Origin: Polyangiales bacterium
GTDB lineage: Bacteria; Myxococcota_A; Polyangia; Polyangiales; Houyiibacteriaceae
DNA: 30,418 nucleotides
Assembly: GCA_045106895.1 (NCBI GenBank)
Contig: JBGCFM010000277.1
Location: 1 to 30,418 of the forward strand
Direction: 5' to 3'
A program made the translations under genes and the position numbers. A model generated the notes under the pieces. The model searched no databases. It was not told where the DNA came from and saw nothing but the letters and a program-made list of their open reading frames with translations. Shown here one piece after another: positions 1 through 7,663 of this stretch. The number at the start of each line of letters is the position of its first letter. Position 1 is the first letter of the stretch.

Positions 1-1
1 G

Positions 2-160
2 TGCGTCCAAACCTAAGCCACCTGTCTCATCCGGCTCTTCACCGAATGTCGCTCCCACCAGCAACAGACCGAGCGCAAAGGGCACCAGTCCAGCCAGCAA
101 CAAACGCCACGCGGGCGTTGGGCGCGTTTCTCTCAGGAGGGCTTCACTCTTCTTCGCCAT
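2..160 (-). CDS. Partial CDS (5' end only; runs off the window start), membrane-anchored or exported protein
   Basis: Minus-strand ATG at 160 with GGAG 6 nt upstream. It reads MAKKSEALLRETRPTPAWRLLLAGLVPFALGLLLVGATFGEEPDETGGLGLDA with no stop: a basic N-terminus followed by a hydrophobic helix. Confidence 0.65.
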   Translation of the reverse strand, partial: MAKKSEALLRETRPTPAWRLLLAGLVPFALGLLLVGATFGEEPDETGGLGLDA

Positions 161-221
161 CACGATCTCCATACTCCGGCCGCACTGCCAAGGGTAGCTG
201 AGCGACAAGAACGCGCGGACT

Positions 222-244
222 TGCCGCGGCATTTCGCCGCGGCA
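222..244. promoter_or_regulatory. Perfect inverted repeat, candidate enhancer-binding-protein site
   Basis: TGCCGCGGC-ATTTC-GCCGCGGCA, about 85-107 nt upstream of the predicted sigma-54 start site. Confidence 0.5.
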
Positions 245-301
245 CTCATTTTTGACCAAGCGGAGGACTCTCGTCGAGACTGAAATAGCAGAGCGAAAGA
301 G

Positions 302-318
302 TCGGCACGGGAACTGCA
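302..318 (+). promoter_or_regulatory. Putative sigma-54 (-24/-12) promoter
   Basis: CGGCACGGGAACTGCA matches TGGCACG-N4-TTGCW, with exact GG-N10-GC spacing (GG 304-305, GC 316-317). Confidence 0.6.
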
Positions 319-330
319 ATGCCTCTGGAC

Positions 331-1146
331 ATGCGACAGAGTTCACCCCGAGCCAAAACCTCCCTCGACCGGTACCGCGACTCCCTTGGACAGCGGAAGC
401 CCCTCAAGCCCGAAGCAGAGCGACAACTCGCCCGAGACTGGCGTGCTGGGAACGAGCGCGCCGGACGCGAGCTCGTGCAAGCGAGCTTGCCCTTCGTCAT
501 CCGCATCGCCCGCGAATACCTCCGCTGGGGAATCCCCCTCGAAGACCTCATCCAGCAGGGCAACCTCGGCCTGCTCAAGGCAGCGGAGCGCTTCGACCCG
601 GACCAGGGCTGCCGGCTCGTGACCTACGCGGCGTACTGGATCCGCGCAGAGATTCGCGACTACGTCGTGCGTCACTACCGAATCGTTCGACTCGGATCCA
701 CCCGAACTGAGCGACGCGCGATGCGCGCGTATCGGCGGCAGAGCATCGCGGACCACAAAGAGCTCGCGGAAGTCAGCGGCATGCCTGAGAAGCGCGCCGC
801 CATGCTCTGGCCCCTGCTGATGCAGTCGGACTCGTCCCTCGACGCTCAATACGGCACTCACACTCCTGGCATCGCTCGCCTCAAAGACGACGCTGAGACC
901 GCCGAAGAGCAGCTCGACCATCACAACCGGATCTCCGCCGTCCGCGAGGCGATGAAGGTCGCCATGAAGGTCCTCAGCGATCGCGAACGACGCATCATTG
1001 AACTCCGCATTCTCGGCGACGACCCACCCACCCTCGAAGCTATCGGACGCGAGATGGGCGTCAGCAAAGAACGCGTGCGACAGCTCGAGGTACGAGCTCG
1101 CGCGAAGCTCCGCGAGCAGCTCGCCGAGTTCCGGCCCGCCGCCTAA
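331..1146 (+). CDS. RNA polymerase sigma factor, sigma-32 (RpoH/myxobacterial SigB-like) family; alternative start at 319
   Basis: Region 1.2 (LKPEAERQLA), region 2 (DLIQQGNLGLLKAAERFDP..RLVTYAAYWIRAEI..IVRLGST) and region 4 HTH (TLEAIGREMGVSKERVRQLE). There is no region 1.1. Confidence 0.92.
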   Translation: MRQSSPRAKTSLDRYRDSLGQRKPLKPEAERQLARDWRAGNERAGRELVQASLPFVIRIAREYLRWGIPLEDLIQQGNLGLLKAAERFDPDQGCRLVTYAAYWIRAEIRDYVVRHYRIVRLGSTRTERRAMRAYRRQSIADHKELAEVSGMPEKRAAMLWPLLMQSDSSLDAQYGTHTPGIARLKDDAETAEEQLDHHNRISAVREAMKVAMKVLSDRERRIIELRILGDDPPTLEAIGREMGVSKERVRQLEVRARAKLREQLAEFRPAA

Positions 1147-1156
1147 GAGCGAGCCC

Positions 1157-3232
1157 TTAGCGGCGCGGCTGGCTGTCGGCTTCGTCCAGGCGCCGCATCC
1201 CCTCAAGAAGAAGTGACTCGAGGCGGTCCGTGATGAGATGGGAAGTCGGCGCGAAGGAGCTGTCGAACTCGAAGTCACCAGTGGTGAGCAGGAGCAGCTT
1301 GTAGAACGCCTCCTGGGCGCGCTCGCCACTGAAGCGAGCGTCCCACACCTGACCTTCGGACAGATGGATTTCGCCGCGACGCCCAGCGCTCGTGATAACG
1401 AGCCGGCCCGTCTTTCGGCTGTTCCCGACGATCTGAAGAACATCCGGAAGGGACATCTCTTTCAGCGAGCCGGTGATGCCGCGGGAGACACCTGTGAATA
1501 GCTTCTTGATCTTTGCGACGACGACTTCGGGTGATGCTGGTTTGACGAGGTAGTCGACGGCACCGAGTTTGAAGCCTTGCTCGACGCTCGTTCGGTCGCC
1601 CTTTGACGTGAGGTAGAGGATAGGCAGTGTTCGTCCCTGGTCGCGGATCTTCTGCGCCAGACCAAAGCCGTCGTTCTCACCGAGGACGACCTCGCTGACC
1701 ATGGCGTCGACCCGACCTTCTTCGATGACGGCGAAAGCACGCCTCGCGTCACGGGCGATCTCCACCAAAAACCCAGCGGCGGCGAGGCGTATATCGAGGA
1801 TGGTGGTCTCGTCCGGGTCCGGGTCCACCAGAAGGATGGTCTTGCTGCCCGTGTCCGCCGAGCTTCGCCCCTGAACCACCTGGCGAACGAGCTCCACCAT
1901 TTCGGGGTCAAAGACTGTCCCGGACAGACCCTGAAGCGCCTCGCAGCCTTCCCCCGCCGTGAGCCGGCGGCGGTAGGGATTCTTGCCGTGGCTGGTTAGG
2001 TCGGCGAAGGTCTCTGCGATGGCGACGATGCGGGAACCGAGGGGTATCTCTTTGCCAGAGAGCGAGTCCGGGAACCCCTTACCATCATAGCGCTCATACA
2101 GATGAGCCAGGGCCTGGGTGGTCGTCTTCGGCAGGTTGGTGCTCGTGAAGAGACGTGCCGGAGCAAGATATGTCTTCTTCGCTTGGGCACGATGCCCGTC
2201 GTAACGTGCCGCGTTGAAAGGCGTGAGGTGATAGCTTGAGGTCTTGCCTACGTCGTGAAGATAGCCCGCGAGAATGATCGCGTTGGCACGAGAGCCCTGA
2301 ATTCCAAGGCGGCCGCAAACACCACGGCATAGACGCGCGACCTCTGCGCCATGATCACGGAGGCCTTCACGTTCGCGGTCGAGGAGCGAGACGAAGACAT
2401 GGACCATGTCCAGGAACGCTTGCTCATCCACCGGCGCCGCGGGCGGCTGCGAAGGTGGCCGCGGCGGCTTCGCTTCAGCGCGTGGCGGCGGAGATTGGGG
2501 CTCGTCATCGCCGTAAGGCCTGTCATCCGGGCTCGGCATCGGGATATCGACGGTGCCTAGGTCGAGGGCATCGGAGGACGGCGAAGACGCCGGCGATGGG
2601 GAGGGCGAAGGCGAAGCACCCGCGAGCGCAGGCATGGCGGAACGATCCAGGTCGCTGCCAAAGTCACCGCCAAAGTCGCCGCCGAAGTCGTTCCCGTAGG
2701 AGCCACTATAACCTCCACTGAACGCCTCTTGCTGAGGCGCCGCGGCGACGAGATCTTTGAACGCGTTTGCTTTGCCGTCGTAGTGCTTCGAGATGGCGGC
2801 TTCGATGGCTGCGAAGCGAGCGACAAAAACCTCAACGGTCCGAACCGTCGTCATCTGAAAATGCTCAGCGAAGTCGTGCGCGTCTGGATCCGAAGCAACC
2901 AAGAGCAAGGTCTGTGTCTTCGGACGATAGATGATCGGAAAACACTCAAAGCGAGTGCACATGCGACGCGGGACCATTCGAACGAGATCGCTCCGGACGC
3001 CCGCGCGAGACAATTTCTCCGTCGAGACGAAGCGTGTCTTGTGAAGAGTTGCGAGTCGCTTGAGCAGCGTGGACTCATCGAGGACCCCCAGCCGCAACAG
3101 CGATTCGACCGCGTGCTCTTTCTGCCGACGCGCCTCGATGACAGCGGCGCGGAAGGTGTCGGCATCAACGATTCCCTCAGCACGCAAGCGCTCGAGGAGC
3201 CGCATCCCAAGTTCCTTCTTCTCGTCGCCCAT
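1157..3232 (-). CDS. Multidomain signalling protein: T2SSE_N/MshEN-like, Pro-rich linker, HD-GYP-like, receiver, DUF4388 (PatA N-like)
   Basis: N-terminus resembles the GspE/PilB N-terminus (LLRLGVLDE..LA, VP..C.RF..FP). HD domain (YLHDVGK, ERYDGKGFPDSL.G.EIPLGSRIVAIA). REC (ILLVD..., LTS, GAVDYLVKP). C-terminal GSLKEMSLPDVLQ..SRKTG.L..G.F.F..LLLEGMRRLDE. Confidence 0.88.
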   Translation of the reverse strand: MGDEKKELGMRLLERLRAEGIVDADTFRAAVIEARRQKEHAVESLLRLGVLDESTLLKRLATLHKTRFVSTEKLSRAGVRSDLVRMVPRRMCTRFECFPIIYRPKTQTLLLVASDPDAHDFAEHFQMTTVRTVEVFVARFAAIEAAISKHYDGKANAFKDLVAAAPQQEAFSGGYSGSYGNDFGGDFGGDFGSDLDRSAMPALAGASPSPSPSPASSPSSDALDLGTVDIPMPSPDDRPYGDDEPQSPPPRAEAKPPRPPSQPPAAPVDEQAFLDMVHVFVSLLDREREGLRDHGAEVARLCRGVCGRLGIQGSRANAIILAGYLHDVGKTSSYHLTPFNAARYDGHRAQAKKTYLAPARLFTSTNLPKTTTQALAHLYERYDGKGFPDSLSGKEIPLGSRIVAIAETFADLTSHGKNPYRRRLTAGEGCEALQGLSGTVFDPEMVELVRQVVQGRSSADTGSKTILLVDPDPDETTILDIRLAAAGFLVEIARDARRAFAVIEEGRVDAMVSEVVLGENDGFGLAQKIRDQGRTLPILYLTSKGDRTSVEQGFKLGAVDYLVKPASPEVVVAKIKKLFTGVSRGITGSLKEMSLPDVLQIVGNSRKTGRLVITSAGRRGEIHLSEGQVWDARFSGERAQEAFYKLLLLTTGDFEFDSSFAPTSHLITDRLESLLLEGMRRLDEADSQPRR
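2651..2690. repeat. 12-bp tandem repeat (about 3 copies) encoding DFGG units
   Basis: gtcgctgccaaa/gtcaccgccaaa/gtcgccgccgaa; the protein reads NDFGGDFGGDFGSD. Confidence 0.7.
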
Positions 3233-3238
3233 CAGGGG

Positions 3239-3244
3239 AGTTTA
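3239..3244 (-). promoter_or_regulatory. Putative -10 element of a leaderless transcript
   Basis: TAAACT lies 6 nt before the ATG at 3232, and there is no Shine-Dalgarno. Confidence 0.5.
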
Positions 3245-3333
3245 GCTCATCGCATGGTGGACACGAAAGTGTGTGGTGAAGACTCCGGGAAGAAGTTCTA
3301 GGACGCTTCGCTCCTGGCGGCGCCCTCCGGCTC

Positions 3334-3342
3334 TGGTAGGCT
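3334..3342 (+). promoter_or_regulatory. Putative extended -10 element of a leaderless transcript
   Basis: TG-G-TAGGCT lies 6 nt before the GTG at 3349, and there is no Shine-Dalgarno. Confidence 0.5.
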
Positions 3343-3348
3343 CCCGCC

Positions 3349-3846
3349 GTGCGCCAAAGCTTCCTAACCATGCTTCTTGGAATTACGCTCGTTTCGGCGT
3401 GTGGCGGGACGAGCTACGCCGGCGGCGTGTACCGTGATGGCGCCGTGCATTTCGCCGTGGAGGCGCCCTCGGGCCCCTGGCGAAGCACGGAGGTCGAAGG
3501 AGCTCATGATCTGGCCTGGACCCACTCCGAGAGCGCGGCGGTCATCCACGTGGGCGGAAGCTGTGATCCGCGCCTTGACCTCCCCCTCCCAGCGCTGACG
3601 AACCACCTGTTGATCGGGTTCACCGAACGGGAGGTCCTCTCGGAAGAACGGCGACCGTTTCAGGGCCGTGAAGCGCTTGATTCGCACGTCGTCGCGAAGC
3701 TCGATGGTGTGGTTCGCGAGTTGCGCTTGCTCGTGCTCAAGAAGGATGACTGCGTCTACGACTTCGCCCTCGTGTCTTCGCGAAGCGCCTTCGCCGACGC
3801 CAACGTGACCTTCACCGGCGTCATTGATTCCTTCGAGGCACGATGA
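3349..3846 (+). CDS. Lipoprotein, possibly PsbP/DcrB-like fold
   Basis: GTG start, signal peptide with lipobox VSAC. The pattern P..W, GREA, YDF and the terminal helix ending IDSF resemble PsbP/DcrB-like proteins. ATGA overlap with the next gene. Confidence 0.75.
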   Translation: MRQSFLTMLLGITLVSACGGTSYAGGVYRDGAVHFAVEAPSGPWRSTEVEGAHDLAWTHSESAAVIHVGGSCDPRLDLPLPALTNHLLIGFTEREVLSEERRPFQGREALDSHVVAKLDGVVRELRLLVLKKDDCVYDFALVSSRSAFADANVTFTGVIDSFEAR

Positions 3847-4604
3847 GCCTCCAAGATCGTGCGACAAATGCTGTCCGGGAAGTGGGCTCCGTCGCACTCC
3901 TGGGCACGCGCACGATTCGCACGCTCTTCACGACGAAGTTTGAAACGCGTGCGTTCATTCGCCTCGTCGACTCCCTCGGTGTTCGCAGCATGGGTATTGC
4001 CAGCGCCACGGCCATCTTCGTGGGCATGGTCATGACGCTTCAGTTCGGCGTGTTCATGGAGCAGTACGGCGCCAAAGAAGCCCTCGGACGTGTCATCGGT
4101 ATCAGCGAAGCACGCGAGCTTGCCCCCGCGTTGACATCCTTGGTCGTCGGCAGCCGTATCGCCGCGGGTATGGCCGCAGAGATCGGCTCGATGACCGTCA
4201 CCGAACAGGTGGATGCAATCCGCGCCCTCGGCGCCGACCCGATTCGAAAACTCGTGGTGCCGCGCGTCGTCGCCAGCGTCGTCGTGATGCCTCTCATCGC
4301 GTGTTTCGCCCTTCTTTTGGGCCTCGCAGCCAGTATTTTCATCAGCAAGGTGACCTTTGGATTGTCTCCGGCACAGTTCATCGGCGCTAGCCTCGACGCC
4401 GTGAGGCTCTCGGACTTCACGAGTGGGCTGAGCAAGACCCCGGTGTTCGGTTTTTTGATCAGCATCCTCGGCTGCTACTACGGCCTGAACACCCGGGGCG
4501 GCACGGAGGGCGTCGGACGTTCGACGACGCGCGCGGTGGTTGTCGTTTCGATCACCGTGCTGGTCGCCGACGCGTTGCTCACGCAACTCTTCTTGGCCCT
4601 ATGA
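3843..4604 (+). CDS. mlaE: MlaE-family lipid ABC transporter permease
   Basis: RELAPALTSLVVGSRIAAGMAAEIGSMTVTEQVDAIRALGADPIRKLVVPRV, and GGTEGVGRSTTRAVV. Confidence 0.93.
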   Translation: MSLQDRATNAVREVGSVALLGTRTIRTLFTTKFETRAFIRLVDSLGVRSMGIASATAIFVGMVMTLQFGVFMEQYGAKEALGRVIGISEARELAPALTSLVVGSRIAAGMAAEIGSMTVTEQVDAIRALGADPIRKLVVPRVVASVVVMPLIACFALLLGLAASIFISKVTFGLSPAQFIGASLDAVRLSDFTSGLSKTPVFGFLISILGCYYGLNTRGGTEGVGRSTTRAVVVVSITVLVADALLTQLFLAL

Positions 4605-4906
4605 CTCGCACGTCGAAGTACACGCCGGGCCAACGCGTGTTCCGTGCTTCCCTTGTCGCAACACTGATGCTCTTCCTTCTCGTCGCAGTCGGCATCGACG
4701 CGAAAGCCCGTCACGCCAGCGAAGACGCCAAACGGCCCGAGACGCTAGCCGTCGTGCAGCAGCTTGGGTTCGTCGACCTGGCTCTCAGTTCGTCAGCACG
4801 CTGGCTGCGGACTCCCTCTCAGAGCGAACGCAGCGCCCCGCTGACAGACGCTCCCCTCTCATTCGACACCGACCCTGCGGGCGCGGTCCTCGGGCCCGTT
4901 GAATGA
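4601..4906 (+). CDS. Small single-TM hypothetical protein linked to the ABC transporter
   Basis: ATGA overlaps at both ends and an N-terminal hydrophobic helix; 101 aa. Confidence 0.75.
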   Translation: MTRTSKYTPGQRVFRASLVATLMLFLLVAVGIDAKARHASEDAKRPETLAVVQQLGFVDLALSSSARWLRTPSQSERSAPLTDAPLSFDTDPAGAVLGPVE

Positions 4907-6048
4907 AGTCGCTCCGCCGACAGCTCGCGCTCATCGATTTCGCCTTGGGCGCCTTACGTCGCCGCATGTCTCGCTCTGCTGCCCTCGCCGCCGCGATCGC
5001 GCTCGTCACATTTCTGTACGGAAGCGGGTTCCTCCTGACGGATGCACTCCGGGCTGAAGTCCAAGGCGCCGCCCTCGCGACTCCGGACCTGACTCTGCAG
5101 CGCCTCGTAGCCGGCCGCCCTGGCCTCATCGACGCCCGCTCCGCCGAGACGCTTCGCGGGGACCCGGGCGTTCGCTCCATCCAAGCGCGGGTCTGGGGCT
5201 TTCTCTACGTGCCCGCCCTGGAAGCGAACGTGGTCGTCATCGGTGATGACGAGCTCCGCCAGAGTGAACTCAGCACGGACGCCCCAGCGCATGCCATTGT
5301 GGGGAGCGGCCTAGCAGAACGACTGGCCCTCCACGTCGGTGACCGACTCGCCATCCCCGGAGCGAGTGGTCCCCTACGTTTTGAGATCCTCGAAGTTCGC
5401 TCCACCGGCAGCGCGATCCACGACGCCGATGCGATGATCGTGGACGTCCTTACAGCCCGCGCGCTCCTTGGTGTTCCCGAAGGGCAGGCCGTCGATGTAG
5501 CCATCGAGCTCGTCCGCGAAGAAGAAGCCGCCGTCGTGGGTGCTCGCCTTGGAGAGCTCATCGAAGGAGCCCGTGTCATCGACCGGCGCTCGATGACGCG
5601 CGCCTATGAGCTCACGCTTGAAGGTCGAGGCGGGCTCATGAACGCGCTCTTTCTGCCGTGTCTCGCGTGCCTTCTTTTGCTGGGCTGGGAGCGGCTCTCC
5701 GGGCTTGGCGGAGACGAGGTCCGAGAGATCGCCGTCCTCAAATCTGTAGGGTGGCTCACCTCGGACGTGCTCTATGCGCGTCTCTACGAGAGCGCCCTCC
5801 TCGCAATCGTGGGCACCTTCCTTGGGTGCATCTTCGCCTACGCCTATGTGTTCTGGCTTCATGCACCAGGGCTTGCGGGGATTCTCTTTGGCTGGAGCGT
5901 TCTCCATGCGGAGCTCGATCTCACCCCCCACTCGGACATCGTCAGTGTGCTGTCTCTTGTGTCCATCGTCATCGTACCCTTCATCGTCGTGGGATTGCTC
6001 CCAGCGTGGCGGGCAGCTTCCAAGACGCCCGACGGAGCGCGACGATGA
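4903..6048 (+). CDS. FtsX/MacB/LolE-type ABC transporter permease
   Basis: N-terminal TM, a large extracytoplasmic loop, REIAVLKSVGW motif, further TM helices, and LLPAWRAA near the C-terminus. Confidence 0.9.
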   Translation: MKSLRRQLALIDFALGALRRRMSRSAALAAAIALVTFLYGSGFLLTDALRAEVQGAALATPDLTLQRLVAGRPGLIDARSAETLRGDPGVRSIQARVWGFLYVPALEANVVVIGDDELRQSELSTDAPAHAIVGSGLAERLALHVGDRLAIPGASGPLRFEILEVRSTGSAIHDADAMIVDVLTARALLGVPEGQAVDVAIELVREEEAAVVGARLGELIEGARVIDRRSMTRAYELTLEGRGGLMNALFLPCLACLLLLGWERLSGLGGDEVREIAVLKSVGWLTSDVLYARLYESALLAIVGTFLGCIFAYAYVFWLHAPGLAGILFGWSVLHAELDLTPHSDIVSVLSLVSIVIVPFIVVGLLPAWRAASKTPDGARR

Positions 6049-6728
6049 GCGACGTCGAAACCGGTCTCGAAGCGAAGCGCGTCACCAAGCGTTACTACGA
6101 CGGTGAGCGCAAGACCCTTGCCGTCAAAGACGTAAGCCTCGTCTTCGCGTCGGGTTCTTTCAACATAATCCGCGGAGCGAGCGGCTGTGGCAAAAGCACC
6201 CTCGTCGGTCTCCTCGGTGGATTGGTACAACCCACCTCTGGAGAGGTGCTCATTGGCGGCACCGGCATCACGTCCATGCGTGACCATCACCGAGCCCTCT
6301 TCTGCCGCGCTCAGGTCGGCTTTGTCTTTCAAGAGCTAAGCCTCATCGACGAGATGAGCGCCCGTGAGAACGCCCTGCTGCCCTTCGTGCCCACCGGCGG
6401 TCCAACCAAGGAAGAGCTCAGTCATGTCGATGCTTCGTTTGAGCGTTTCGGCATTGGTGACCTCGCCTCCTCCAAAGCAAACGCGCTCAGCGGAGGGCAG
6501 CGCCAACGGGTAGCCCTCGTCCGAGCCCTCGCCCGCAAACCTGGCGTTCTCCTCCTCGACGAACCAAGCGCACACTTGGACGCCGAGAACACGCAGAAGA
6601 TCCTTGAGCTCCTCGGCAGCGAACGAGACGAAGGGCGGGTCATCGTCGCCACGACCCACGACCCGCGCCTTAGCGAGGACACGCGAGTCGACCGAATCAT
6701 CGACATGAGCGACGGAGAGCTGGTTTAG
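6045..6728 (+). CDS. ABC transporter ATP-binding protein (LolD/MacB-like)
   Basis: Walker A GASGCGKST, VGFVFQ, LSGGQRQR signature, LLLDEP and TTHD. The true start is the ATG at 6045 (ATGA overlap), not 5658. Confidence 0.93.
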   Translation: MSDVETGLEAKRVTKRYYDGERKTLAVKDVSLVFASGSFNIIRGASGCGKSTLVGLLGGLVQPTSGEVLIGGTGITSMRDHHRALFCRAQVGFVFQELSLIDEMSARENALLPFVPTGGPTKEELSHVDASFERFGIGDLASSKANALSGGQRQRVALVRALARKPGVLLLDEPSAHLDAENTQKILELLGSERDEGRVIVATTHDPRLSEDTRVDRIIDMSDGELV

Positions 6729-6746
6729 CAGGCATCTCCCTAGGTC

Positions 6747-7604
6747 TCAGCGCGGAGCCGCTCCTTGGTGCCCAACAAGGGCGTCCACGATTTCCTCAAG
6801 AAGAACAACTCGCGCTTCCACGCGAAGACGAATGGTGCCGTGTTGGTACTCATGCTCGCTGGCCCCCGGCCAATCCAGCTGCTGGGTACAGGAGGCTAAG
6901 CCTGGCGATGGCGCGCTGAGCACTTGAACTTCGGGCTCCGCGCCTTGTCGGGGGACGTAGCGAACCTCCAAAGGCGCATCGAGGTCGAACGCTCCCTCGT
7001 CGGCGAGTGCCGAATAGACCGCATCGCCGAAGCATGTTTCGAGTCCTGCAAACGCCCGAGCGCCGAGGTCGCGCGCGTCGCTCGTCGTCGCAAACCCCTG
7101 GGTCTCAAGAACTTCGAAGCGCGGCGTCTCCGCGGGCGGAGAGCGAAAGACCCACTCGCCACGTTCGCCGCTCCCGATGAAGGTCGCGTGGTTCGTGAGA
7201 TCCACGGCGCTGTCGAAGCGATAGTGAAGCGTTGTCTCCACACATTCCTCGAAAGGCCCCGGACGCTGGGCATGAAGGCTCTCGTCGAGACACGAACGGA
7301 ACGCCGCAGGAGCCACAGCACCGAGAGTGCTGACCGATATCCGTCCTCTCGAGTCGGCGCGCATCTGCATGTTGTACTCGCCCCGGATGAAAATGCCTTG
7401 GCGGCTGTGTTGCGCGCACAACCTCAAGGCGTCCGTCGTCGCAGACCAAATCTGCCGTCGCTCCCATTCAGTCGCCGTGCGGCAAAGCTCGGCGGGTTCG
7501 GATTCAGCGAGGTTTGAAACCGGCGCTTGCACCGGCTGGGGTGGGAGCGACGACGCGCAGGCGAGAACGTGCGCGCAAACCACCACCAAGATGCACTCCT
7601 TCAT
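6747..7604 (-). CDS. Putative lipoprotein with two AgmX/PglI-C-terminal-like (TonB-C-like) domains
   Basis: Lipobox VLAC. Two segments each show helix-Cys...beta hairpin...Cys-helix (LRLC...GEYNMQMRADSRG...RSCL...YRF; LETCF...LASC..L.WP). Confidence 0.6.
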   Translation of the reverse strand: MKECILVVVCAHVLACASSLPPQPVQAPVSNLAESEPAELCRTATEWERRQIWSATTDALRLCAQHSRQGIFIRGEYNMQMRADSRGRISVSTLGAVAPAAFRSCLDESLHAQRPGPFEECVETTLHYRFDSAVDLTNHATFIGSGERGEWVFRSPPAETPRFEVLETQGFATTSDARDLGARAFAGLETCFGDAVYSALADEGAFDLDAPLEVRYVPRQGAEPEVQVLSAPSPGLASCTQQLDWPGASEHEYQHGTIRLRVEARVVLLEEIVDALVGHQGAAPR

Positions 7605-7663
7605 CGGCGCTACGACCTGCGCAGCAACGAAAAGTTCCGTGGCCTAAGACGAAAGCGCCCGGT

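Noticed and set aside
343..1443. 366-aa antisense ORF over the sigma factor
   Set aside because: A shadow ORF typical of high-GC coding DNA; the plus strand has clear sigma motifs.
5658..6044. N-terminal extension of the ABC ATPase ORF
   Set aside because: It overlaps the permease out of frame and has non-coding-like composition; the ATGA overlap marks 6045 as the start.
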